NCBI GenBank assembly: GCA_029858565.1
Contig: JAOUEV010000046.1
Location: forward strand, 1-29,596
Direction: 5' to 3'
DNA length: 29,596 nt
Source: Nitrospirota bacterium
Lineage (GTDB): Bacteria; Nitrospirota; UBA9217
The translations under genes were made by a program, and so were the position numbers. Position 1 is the first letter of the stretch; each line of letters starts with the position of its first letter. The notes under the pieces were generated by a model. That model saw only the letters and a list, made by a program, of their open reading frames with translations. It ran no database searches and was not told the origin of the DNA. Below are positions 22,049-29,596 of the stretch, in pieces.

Positions 22049-23266
22049 ATGCCTGTCTACGAATACAAAGGGGTCACCAGCGCCGGCAGGAACGTTTCGG
22101 GCGTGCAGGACGGCGAGGGCCTGAAGGCGGTCCGGGCGAAGCTCAAGAAGGACGGCATCGTGGTCCTGGAGATCCGCGAGGGCGGATCGTCCCGCGCTGC
22201 ACGGAACAGGAATATCAGCTTTGGCGGCGGCCGGGTGAGTCCCGCCGACCTTGCCAACGCCACCCGTCAGCTGGCCACGCTCCTGTCGTCGGGCCTGCCG
22301 CTCATGGATGCCTTGAACGTGCTCGTGGACCAGGAAGAGGGGTCGACGCTCAAGGGATCGCTCTCGTCTGCGCGCGACGCGGTGCGTGAAGGCTCGTCGC
22401 TTGCCGACGCCCTGCGCCAGAGCCCCCGGGTGTTCTCGCCGCTTTATGTGAACATGGTCTCGGCCGGAGAGGTAAGCGGCACGCTCGAGATCACGCTTGC
22501 CCGGCTTGCGGACTTTCTGGAGGAGCAGACGCGCTTCAGGAACAAGCTTGCCGCGGCTCTGGCCTATCCGGCGCTCATGACGCTGATCGGTATCGGCGTG
22601 CTGTTCTTCCTGTTCAGCTTTGTCCTTCCGCGTGTCGTGGGCATGTTCGAGGATATGCGGCAGCAGCTTCCGTTCATTACCCTGGCGCTCCTGGGTGTCG
22701 TGGGTTTTCTGTCTCGTTTTTGGTGGCTCATCCTGCTGCTCGCGGGCGGAGCCGCTTATTATCTTCGCAGGTATTTCAGTACTGCTGCAGGGAAGGAACA
22801 GCTGGACAGCTGGCTGCTCAGGGCGCCGGTCGCGGGCACGCTGATCAGGATGATCTCGGTATCCCGGTTCACGCGCACCCTGGGGACCCTGCTCGAAAGC
22901 GGGGTCCCGGCGCTCACGGCCCTGGACATTGTCCAGAGCGTGATCGGGAACACGATCCTTGCGGACGCGGTCCGAAAGGCGCGCGAGAACGTGCGCGAAG
23001 GCGAATCCATCGCAGACCCGCTCCGCAGGAGCGGTCTCTTTCCGCCGGTGGTGGTCCAGATGGTGGCGGTGGGAGAAAAGAGCGGAGAACTGGAAAAGAT
23101 GCTGCTCAAGGTATCCGATTCCTTTGACCGGACCGTGGAATCGCGCATCGCGGCGCTCATGTCCCTGGTGGAACCCATCATCATCCTTGTGATGGGCTTG
23201 ATCATCGGCACGATCGTGATCGCGATCATGCTGCCGATCCTGCAGATGAGCTCGGGAGTGAGATAA
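22049..23266 (+). CDS. gspF: Type II secretion inner-membrane protein F
   Basis: MPVYEYKG start and two T2SSF repeats (QLATLLSSGLPL...AGEVSGTL; GEKSGEL...EP). Confidence 0.96.
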   Translation: MPVYEYKGVTSAGRNVSGVQDGEGLKAVRAKLKKDGIVVLEIREGGSSRAARNRNISFGGGRVSPADLANATRQLATLLSSGLPLMDALNVLVDQEEGSTLKGSLSSARDAVREGSSLADALRQSPRVFSPLYVNMVSAGEVSGTLEITLARLADFLEEQTRFRNKLAAALAYPALMTLIGIGVLFFLFSFVLPRVVGMFEDMRQQLPFITLALLGVVGFLSRFWWLILLLAGGAAYYLRRYFSTAAGKEQLDSWLLRAPVAGTLIRMISVSRFTRTLGTLLESGVPALTALDIVQSVIGNTILADAVRKARENVREGESIADPLRRSGLFPPVVVQMVAVGEKSGELEKMLLKVSDSFDRTVESRIAALMSLVEPIIILVMGLIIGTIVIAIMLPILQMSSGVR

Positions 23267-23268
23267 AA

Positions 23269-23303
23269 CGTAAGTCGTAAGGGGTAAGTGGTAAGGGGTA
23301 AAA
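23269..23303 (+). repeat. Tandem heptamer repeat SGTAAGK x5 (gspF-gspG spacer)
   Basis: cgtaagt cgtaagg ggtaagt ggtaagg ggtaaaa. Confidence 0.75.
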
Positions 23304-23332
23304 AGTACAATGCAAAAGCAAGGAGACAAAGC

Positions 23333-23767
23333 ATGAAGAACCAGAGAGGCTTTACCCTTATTGAGATCATGGTGGTGGTGATCATCCTCGGACTGCTGGC
23401 AGGTCTGGTCCTGCCGAAGATCCTGGGCAGGGAAGAGGAAGCGCGGATCGGTACGGCCAGGACACAGATCCGGTCGCTCGAGAGCGCCTTGGACGGATTC
23501 AAACTCGACAATGGATTTTATCCCGCGACCGATCAGGGGCTGGACGCGCTGATCAAGAAGCCTGAGTCGGGCCGCGTCCCGGCCAAGTGGCGCGAAGGCG
23601 GTTATCTCAAGCCTGCGCGCATCCCCAAGGACCCCTGGGGCCATGATTATCATTACTTCTCGCCGGGCAATGAGAACCGGGAGTATGAGATCATCTCCTA
23701 CGGCGCTGATGGTGAACAGGGCGGTGAGGGCAAAGGTGCGGATATCGAGAGCTGGAAGATCGAGTAA
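23333..23767 (+). CDS. gspG: Type II secretion major pseudopilin G
   Basis: AGGAG RBS; MKNQRG|FTLIEIMVV, YP.T.QGL.AL, KDPWG, SYGADG motifs. Confidence 0.97.
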   Translation: MKNQRGFTLIEIMVVVIILGLLAGLVLPKILGREEEARIGTARTQIRSLESALDGFKLDNGFYPATDQGLDALIKKPESGRVPAKWREGGYLKPARIPKDPWGHDYHYFSPGNENREYEIISYGADGEQGGEGKGADIESWKIE

Positions 23768-24378
23768 TGCAAAGACAATTTCGGATTTCGGATCGCGGAT
23801 TGCGGATTGAACGCCGAGAGAAAAATCCGAACCGGCTTTCGTCCGTGTTGCCTGCAATCGAGAATCCGCAATTCGCAATCCGAAATAGGAACGGCTTCAC
23901 CCTGGTTGAACTGGGTGTGGTAATTGTCGTGCTCGGGATCATGCTGACCCTGGTGATCCCGTCGCTGAACGAGATCACTGGCTCGAATCTGAAGAAGAGT
24001 GCACGGCATCTTACCGGGACGATCCGGTTCCTGCGGGACGAGGCGGAAGCCAAAAAGAAGATCTTCCGTCTTCGGTTCGATGTGTCGAACGGGCACTACT
24101 GGGCGGAAGCGCCGGTCCTGATCGACGATGATACCGTGGAGTTCAAAAAGATCGATTCGGTGATATCCACCGAGGGAAGTTTGTCCGGCCAGACGGTGAT
24201 GCGCAGCATCCATGTCGGCAGTCACCCCGATGATCCGTTCATCCTGTTCACGCCTGACGGATGGGTTGAGAAGTCCTTCATCTATCTGCAGGACGGGGAC
24301 GGAAAGGACTACACGCTTCTGGTGAAACCGCTCACCGGCGACACGGAACTCCTCGAGGGCCGGGTGGAGGAGAAGTGA
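23767..24378 (+). CDS. gspH: Minor pseudopilin H-like protein with 43-aa repeat-derived leader
   Basis: ATG overlaps the gspG stop (TAATG); G|FTLVEL methylation motif; operon position. Confidence 0.8.
   Translation: MQRQFRISDRGLRIERREKNPNRLSSVLPAIENPQFAIRNRNGFTLVELGVVIVVLGIMLTLVIPSLNEITGSNLKKSARHLTGTIRFLRDEAEAKKKIFRLRFDVSNGHYWAEAPVLIDDDTVEFKKIDSVISTEGSLSGQTVMRSIHVGSHPDDPFILFTPDGWVEKSFIYLQDGDGKDYTLLVKPLTGDTELLEGRVEEK
23778..23886. repeat. Heptamer (ATTKCGG) inverted-repeat hairpin inside the gspH leader
   Basis: Arms 23778-23808 and 23856-23886; 25 of 31 positions are Watson-Crick complementary by manual count. Confidence 0.9.
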
Positions 24379-24842
24379 ATAATAGTGCGGAGTGCGAAGT
24401 GCGGAATGCGGAGTTAAGGTCCAGCAAGAAACAGATCTCGTTTTCATCATTTGTTTTCTCTTCGCACTTCGCACTCCGCACTTCGCACTCGAAGGGCTTT
24501 ACCCTCCTCGAGGTCATGATCGCTGTCGCGATATTATCCCTGGTGATCGTATCGCTGATCGGGCTCAAGAACCGGAGCGTCCAGGATGTGGTGTTCGCCG
24601 AGCATATGACCACGGCAACGCTCCTGGCAAAGCGGGTGATGACCGAGACTCTCCTGGTCAAACCGCTCGTTCCCCTGGAAAAGGACGGTCAGTTCGACGA
24701 CGAGGAGTTCAAGGACTATCTTTGGAAGAAAACCGTCTCCTTAACGCCGATTCCCGACGCCGGCATTTATGAGGTCCGGGTCGCGGTCCTCTGGAAAGAG
24801 GGCGAACGCGAGGAGATGGTCGAACTGGTGAGCTATGAATAG
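24375..24842 (+). CDS. gspI: Minor pseudopilin I with 41-aa repeat-derived leader
   Basis: GGAGGAG RBS; GTG overlaps the gspH stop; G|FTLLEVMIAVAI. Confidence 0.85.
   Translation: MNNSAECEVRNAELRSSKKQISFSSFVFSSHFALRTSHSKGFTLLEVMIAVAILSLVIVSLIGLKNRSVQDVVFAEHMTTATLLAKRVMTETLLVKPLVPLEKDGQFDDEEFKDYLWKKTVSLTPIPDAGIYEVRVAVLWKEGEREEMVELVSYE
24384..24489. repeat. Heptamer (AGTGCGR)x4 inverted-repeat hairpin inside the gspI leader
   Basis: Arms 24384-24413 and 24460-24489 (YCGCACT x4). Confidence 0.92.
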
Positions 24843-25560
24843 AATCAGTGCGGAGTGCGGAGTGCGGAGTGCGGAGTACAAGATCCACGACACACTACGG
24901 TGCACTTTAACTTCGCACGTCGCACTTCGCACTCCGCATTCAAAAGGGTTTACCCTCATCGAGGTGCTGCTTGCCCTGGCGATATTCGCGGGCGTGGCGA
25001 CCGTGCTCTACAGTGTATTCGCGACAACAGGAAGCACTGTCGCACAGGCGGAACAGGTCCGTGATGGAACCGACGCAGCGCGGACCCTGATGTCCCGCAT
25101 CGCGACCGATGTGGCGAACGCTTTTTATTACGCGAAAACGATCGAGCCGACCTTTTTCTATGGCCGTAAAGTGGAAGAGGACGGAGGGGCAGACAGGAAA
25201 ATACGACTGGACAGCCTGTTCCTGACAACGCTCACGAACTGGCGGAGACCCGACACCAGGGAGATGGAGCTCTGGGAGCTGGGATACTATTTCAAGGACC
25301 GGCCTGATGGAAAGGGCCGGGCGCTGGTCCGCAGGGAAAAGCGGGAACTGAGCGCGGATGTGCCACCGCTCGAAGGCGGTGTGGAATACGAGATCACGGA
25401 CCAGATCGCAAGCCTCCGGTTCCGGTATTTCAACGGTTCGGCCTGGATTGATGAGTGGGACAGTAAAAATCAGAACGCCCTTCCCAAGGCGGTTGAGATA
25501 GTGCTGGTCATGGCCGCGGGCGGGGTCTACGCGACCTCTGTGGAGATCGGGATAAAGTAG
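24835..25560 (+). CDS. gspJ: Minor pseudopilin J with 38-aa repeat-derived leader
   Basis: G|FTLIEVLLALAI; C-terminal WIDEWDS...LPKAVEI typical of GspJ. Confidence 0.88.
   Translation: MNRISAECGVRSAEYKIHDTLRCTLTSHVALRTPHSKGFTLIEVLLALAIFAGVATVLYSVFATTGSTVAQAEQVRDGTDAARTLMSRIATDVANAFYYAKTIEPTFFYGRKVEEDGGADRKIRLDSLFLTTLTNWRRPDTREMELWELGYYFKDRPDGKGRALVRREKRELSADVPPLEGGVEYEITDQIASLRFRYFNGSAWIDEWDSKNQNALPKAVEIVLVMAAGGVYATSVEIGIK
24847..24940. repeat. Heptamer (AGTGCGG)x4 inverted-repeat hairpin inside the gspJ leader
   Basis: Arms 24847-24877 and 24910-24940. Confidence 0.92.
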
Positions 25561-26399
25561 TGAGCGGAGCGCGGATGACGACGATGAGGATCGGCGCGGA
25601 AACAGGAACTCTGATTCGAAATGACCGGGGCGTTGCGCTCCTGATCACCCTCCTGGTGACGACATTGCTGCTCGCGCTTGTGTTCGAGTTCGCCTATGGA
25701 ACGAGGGTGAGCCTCCGGGCAGCGGCGAACTTCCGAGACAGTCAGCGGGCCTACTTCCTGGCCCGGTCGGGGGTGAGGATCTTTACAAAGTATAAGGACC
25801 TGAAGGAAATGATCCCCCAGGGTGAATGGGGTGTCGTTCCCGAAGTGAGCCAGGGCGATACGGAAGTGAAGGTCATGTGGGAGGATGAGGCGGGGAAGAT
25901 CGGATTTACCGATGTAAAGTCGAATCCGGTCACGCAGACCGTGTTGCGGTCATTCCTTGAGGACGTCAAGAAGATAGATACCACGGTATTCGACCGGATG
26001 GTCGATCCCGCGAGCACGATCAACTTCACGATCCTGCTGCAGGAGCTCAGGCAGTACATGAGCGATGAGGAGTACGGCAAGGTAGCGAACGCTCTGACCG
26101 TGGGCAAGTGGAGCAACATCAATATCAATACAGCGTCGGCGGACGTGCTCCAAAGCATTGGCATCAGCCAGGGGGCAGTCGATATCATTGTTCAGAACCG
26201 GCAGAGAACCCCCTATACGTCGGTGCCCGGAGAGATCATTGGTGACAACATCAAGATCAACAACGTGAACGCTGTAAACTATTTGACGACGAAATCGAAC
26301 AACATCTATACGGTGCATTGCATCGCCACGGTCGGAGGCTACAGCAAGGAAGCTGTCGCGATCATCGGGTCTCAAATCCCCTATTGGAGGATCTTGTGA
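25560..26399 (+). CDS. gspK: Minor pseudopilin K
   Basis: RG|VALLITL, QRAYFLARSG, DEAGKI, ININTAS. Start uncertain (25560, 25575 or 25584). Confidence 0.88.
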   Translation: MSGARMTTMRIGAETGTLIRNDRGVALLITLLVTTLLLALVFEFAYGTRVSLRAAANFRDSQRAYFLARSGVRIFTKYKDLKEMIPQGEWGVVPEVSQGDTEVKVMWEDEAGKIGFTDVKSNPVTQTVLRSFLEDVKKIDTTVFDRMVDPASTINFTILLQELRQYMSDEEYGKVANALTVGKWSNININTASADVLQSIGISQGAVDIIVQNRQRTPYTSVPGEIIGDNIKINNVNAVNYLTTKSNNIYTVHCIATVGGYSKEAVAIIGSQIPYWRIL

Positions 26400-27715
26400 A
26401 GATCCTGGGACTTTCCCTAGCACGAGGACGGGTCACCGCGACGGTGGTGGAGCGGCAGTTCAGCAAGGCCGAACTGGTGGACACGTTCACCGCTCCTTAC
26501 AGCTCCGACGGGGAATTGGCGGCGCTGCTGCGCGAAAAGGCAAAAGCATGGGCAGGCAGCCGCATCGTATCCGTGATCCCCGGTCACCTCTGCACGCAGC
26601 GCACCGTAACGCTTCCCTTCAGCGACCGGAAGAAGATCGAGAAGGCGCTGCCCTTTGAAGTGGAGGACACGCTTCCATTTGAAATTGACGAGGTGGTGAT
26701 GGACCATCTTGTGCTCGAGGCCGGTAGCGGCAAGGGAGCAGAGACAACGGTCCTCTGCCTGATCGTGCCGAAGACCGTGCTGCGGCAGCATCTGGAACTG
26801 CTGGCTTCCGCGGGGATCGATCCCCAGGCCGTAGTTCCGTCCTTTGCCGGTCTTGCGGCACTTGCCAGGATGATGCCGGCCGATGCCGGTTCACTGCTGT
26901 TCTCGGGCAGTGATGTCTGCTTCAGGTCCAAGGGCGCGATAAAGGCCCTCCGGACCCTCGGGGACTCTTCCACCGGCGGAATTCGTCATGTGCTTCAGTC
27001 CTTTGCCACGGAATTCAAGGAGACCGCTGAAAAGGCGCTGGTACTGGGGACGGACAGCGCCGCGCAGTCCGGCCTGTCGGAGCTCGGGATCACGGTTGAA
27101 CAAGCCGCGCCCGGGCTGGGCGGCAAAAAGGCAACTGATCCGGTGAGCTTGGGCGCGGCATTGTCGGGGGAGGTAAATTTCCGCCAGGGCGAGTTCGCTC
27201 ATCGCAGGATCGACGAGGGTGCGCGCAGGCAGCGGCGGTCGGTCATCATCGCCGCGGCAACGGTTGCAGTCCTCTTGTGCGTCAACATCGGCGTGAAGTA
27301 CTCCATTGTCCAGTCCGGGTACGGCAAGCTGGACCGGGAGATCAAGGACATCTATCGCCAGACCTTTCCCGACGCGAAGTCATCCGCCGATCCCCTGCGC
27401 CAGATGCGCGACAAGGTCGCTGAGGCGAAGAAGCGGATCGGCGTGCTCGGATCGTCCACCTCGGTCCTGGATGTGATGAAGACCGTGACCGACGGCATTC
27501 CCAAGGAGATCCGCGTGGCCTTTCAGGAGTTCAATCTTGACGGCGATCGGCTGAAGCTCCAGGGCGAAGCCCCGTCCTTCGAGGCCGTGGACAAGGTAAA
27601 GGCGGAACTGCAGAAATCGCCGTTCTTCGAGGACGTTTCCGTGCAGGACACGCGCATGGGGGTGGCGAACAAGGTGAAGTTCCGGGTGGATATCAAGGTG
27701 AAGCAGGCGAAATAA
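26396..27715 (+). CDS. gspL: Type II secretion protein L (PilM/PilN-like)
   Basis: GGAGG RBS with GTG overlapping the gspK stop; actin-like N-domain (ILGLSL, LPF...LPFEVEDTLPF), TM, periplasmic PilN-like domain. Confidence 0.88.
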   Translation: MKILGLSLARGRVTATVVERQFSKAELVDTFTAPYSSDGELAALLREKAKAWAGSRIVSVIPGHLCTQRTVTLPFSDRKKIEKALPFEVEDTLPFEIDEVVMDHLVLEAGSGKGAETTVLCLIVPKTVLRQHLELLASAGIDPQAVVPSFAGLAALARMMPADAGSLLFSGSDVCFRSKGAIKALRTLGDSSTGGIRHVLQSFATEFKETAEKALVLGTDSAAQSGLSELGITVEQAAPGLGGKKATDPVSLGAALSGEVNFRQGEFAHRRIDEGARRQRRSVIIAAATVAVLLCVNIGVKYSIVQSGYGKLDREIKDIYRQTFPDAKSSADPLRQMRDKVAEAKKRIGVLGSSTSVLDVMKTVTDGIPKEIRVAFQEFNLDGDRLKLQGEAPSFEAVDKVKAELQKSPFFEDVSVQDTRMGVANKVKFRVDIKVKQAK

Positions 27716-27729
27716 ACGCACAACATTCT

Positions 27730-28155
27730 GAACCACGGATGAACACGGTTAAAAGATGACTGCTGATTCAGAGCTGTTGCATAGAGATCTTACAAAAGAA
27801 ATTATTGAATCTGCATTTAAGGTTCATAACGCCTTGGGATGTGGCTTGCTGGAAAAGGTCTATGGAAATGCCCTTGTTTGGGATTTAGAGCTCAAGAAGA
27901 AAAAAGTAGGTCCACAACAAGAGTTCAGCGTCATGTATCGCGACAAGGAAGTCGGCGTTTATTACGCAGACTTGGTCGTCGATGAAAAGGTTATCGTTGA
28001 GGTCAAATCAGTAGACAAGATCGATGATGTCCATCGCGCACAGTTACTTAATTATCTGAGGATATCCGGCCTGCGTGTTGGCCTGCTGATCAATTTCGCA
28101 AGGCCAAAACTGGAATGCGAGAGATTTGTTGTTTAACCGTGTTCATCCGTGGTTC
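27730..28155. mobile_element. Inverted-repeat-bounded GxxExxY cassette (putative inserted element)
   Basis: Perfect 24-bp IR gaaccacggatgaacacggttaaa (27730-27753) / tttaaccgtgttcatccgtggttc (28132-28155). Interior is visibly more AT-rich than the gsp genes. Mobility is inferred. Confidence 0.6.
27756..28136 (+). CDS. GxxExxY protein (PD-(D/E)XK nuclease superfamily)
   Basis: GLLEKVY motif, YADLVVDEKVIVEVKS, AQLLNYL...GLLINF. Confidence 0.93.
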   Translation: MTADSELLHRDLTKEIIESAFKVHNALGCGLLEKVYGNALVWDLELKKKKVGPQQEFSVMYRDKEVGVYYADLVVDEKVIVEVKSVDKIDDVHRAQLLNYLRISGLRVGLLINFARPKLECERFVV

Positions 28156-28169
28156 CAAATGGAGTTATC

Positions 28170-28670
28170 GTGAAGCTTGAAGAACGAGACAAACGCGCGC
28201 TATTTATCGGCGGACCGATCGCTGCCGCGATCGTGCTGTACCTGTTCGTGCTGTCCCCGTTCCTGGCCGACTTGTCACGGAAGCGCGACCTGATCCCGAA
28301 GAAAGAGCGGGACCTGACGGAGATGAAGAAGCTCCGGGACGACTACAAGGAGCTCCAGAAACAGCTCCAGATTGCGCAGGACGCGGCAGCCAAACGGGGA
28401 CCGCTCCTGACGGAGATCGAGAATATCACCAAACGCGCGAACCTGTCCGGGAAGATCGTTTCGCTGAAACCTCAGGCGGGCACCCAGTCCGAGGGGTTCA
28501 AAGAGAGCGTTGTCGAGATCAAGCTTGACAACATAACGCTCTATGACGTGGTCAACTATGTTTATCTCATGGAAAAGGAACTGCTCCGGGTCCGAAAGCT
28601 CTACTTCAAGCCGCGGTACGACAATCCCAAGCTCCTGAACGCCACTCTGCTGGTCACGAGCGCCGGGTGA
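28170..28670 (+). CDS. gspM: Type II secretion protein M
   Basis: GGAG RBS before GTG; LEERDKR-TM-coiled coil-ferredoxin-like layout; operon position. Confidence 0.82.
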   Translation: MKLEERDKRALFIGGPIAAAIVLYLFVLSPFLADLSRKRDLIPKKERDLTEMKKLRDDYKELQKQLQIAQDAAAKRGPLLTEIENITKRANLSGKIVSLKPQAGTQSEGFKESVVEIKLDNITLYDVVNYVYLMEKELLRVRKLYFKPRYDNPKLLNATLLVTSAG

Positions 28671-28709
28671 TCCCGCTCCGGCCCGAGGTCCCTGCGCGAT
28701 CCTCTGATC

Positions 28710-29540
28710 ATGGTCACTAAAAAGAACATATTTCGCATACTCTCCTTTTCGCTGTACTTTGTTGCAGCGTTCATGGTGTTCCTTGTTCTCCTGTTCCCTT
28801 TTGACCAGGTGAAAAAGCGGATTGAGGCCGAGGTGGGCGCGAAGACTCCGTTCGAGCTTTCGATCGCGCGCATTTCCCCCCGCTTCGCGAACCGCGTCCT
28901 GCTTTCCGATGTGGTGCTGTCGGACAAGACCGGCCGCGTTCTGTTCGAAAGCCCGGGGATCAAGGTGCATCTTTCCCTGCTCGGCTTCCTGCGCGGTCTT
29001 CGCATCGTCAATCTTCAGGGGCCCGCTTACGGCGGTGAGATCTCGCTGCGTTCCGAAGAGGGTTCCAAGCGGCGGTCCTGGTCTGTTGATGCGAGCAACC
29101 TTGATATCGGAACCTACGGGCTCCTCAAGAACCTGGGATTCAAACTATCGGGGACCGTGGGCGGGAACTTCGAAATGGTGAACGATGTCGGGAAAGGGCG
29201 TATCTGGTTCAAGAACCTCGCGAGCCGGGAGCTGAAGGTCAAGGGGTTTCCCGTGCCTGACCTCGATTTCGAGCAGGGCTGGATCGAGGCTGAGGTCAGG
29301 GGCGACCGTTTCATGGTCCGCAAGCTGGAGCTGGACGGGAAGGAATTGAAGATCAGGGTGTCGGGCGATGTGGTGATGCGCGAGCGGGGGACCATGAACC
29401 TCGCGATCAGGCTGAAACCGTCGGAGCGGCTCAGCCGTGAGCAGTCGGGGCTGCTCTCGTTCCTCAAGAACCGCGACGCCGAGGGATTCTACCTGTTCAC
29501 GCTGGGCGGCACGGTAAGCGAACCCTTCCCGCGGTTGTGA
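28710..29540 (+). CDS. gspN: Type II secretion protein N
   Basis: N-terminal TM ending LFPFD, beta-rich periplasmic body, follows gspM. Confidence 0.78.
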   Translation: MVTKKNIFRILSFSLYFVAAFMVFLVLLFPFDQVKKRIEAEVGAKTPFELSIARISPRFANRVLLSDVVLSDKTGRVLFESPGIKVHLSLLGFLRGLRIVNLQGPAYGGEISLRSEEGSKRRSWSVDASNLDIGTYGLLKNLGFKLSGTVGGNFEMVNDVGKGRIWFKNLASRELKVKGFPVPDLDFEQGWIEAEVRGDRFMVRKLELDGKELKIRVSGDVVMRERGTMNLAIRLKPSERLSREQSGLLSFLKNRDAEGFYLFTLGGTVSEPFPRL

Positions 29541-29546
29541 CCGTCC

Positions 29547-29596
29547 GCATCTGACAACGACCGGCTCGGAGCTCAGAACCGGTCGTTGTCAGATGC
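29547..29596. repeat. Perfect 18-bp inverted repeat after gspN (hairpin or possible terminator)
   Basis: gcatctgacaacgaccgg (29547-29564) / ccggtcgttgtcagatgc (29579-29596). It runs to the window end, so no T-tract is visible. Confidence 0.75.

Noticed and set aside
15802-23878. Long antisense ORFs (404, 272, 588, 521 and 637 aa)
   Set aside because: Shadow frames of GC-rich, well-recognised plus-strand genes, with no motifs of their own.
23778-24940. Repeats considered as a CRISPR array or DGR template/variable repeats
   Set aside because: They are inverted 7-mer arrays rather than direct repeats with spacers. There is no cas or reverse transcriptase gene and no adenine-specific variant pair.

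Overview
Bacterial chromosomal window. The 16S looks Nitrospirota/Deltaproteobacteria-like, which is a tentative impression. Left to right: a 5'-truncated SF2 helicase-PLD fusion gene; a complete rrn operon (16S, tRNA-Ile, tRNA-Ala, 23S, 5S); a small cold-shock locus; radical SAM and MltA genes; a MalT-like STAND/BTAD regulator; a DUF4177-like gene with a TrkA-domain K+ channel; and a type II secretion operon gspC-N. The most striking unexplained structure is in the gsp operon, where most gene junctions carry short-repeat hairpin elements. Three of them (7-mer tandem-repeat inverted repeats) lie in-frame inside the cleavable prepilin leader peptides of GspH, GspI and GspJ. One perfect 24-bp inverted repeat encloses a GxxExxY putative nuclease gene between gspL and gspM. 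Separately, the cold-shock gene and its convergent unknown neighbour share a homologous promoter plus terminator-like leader.
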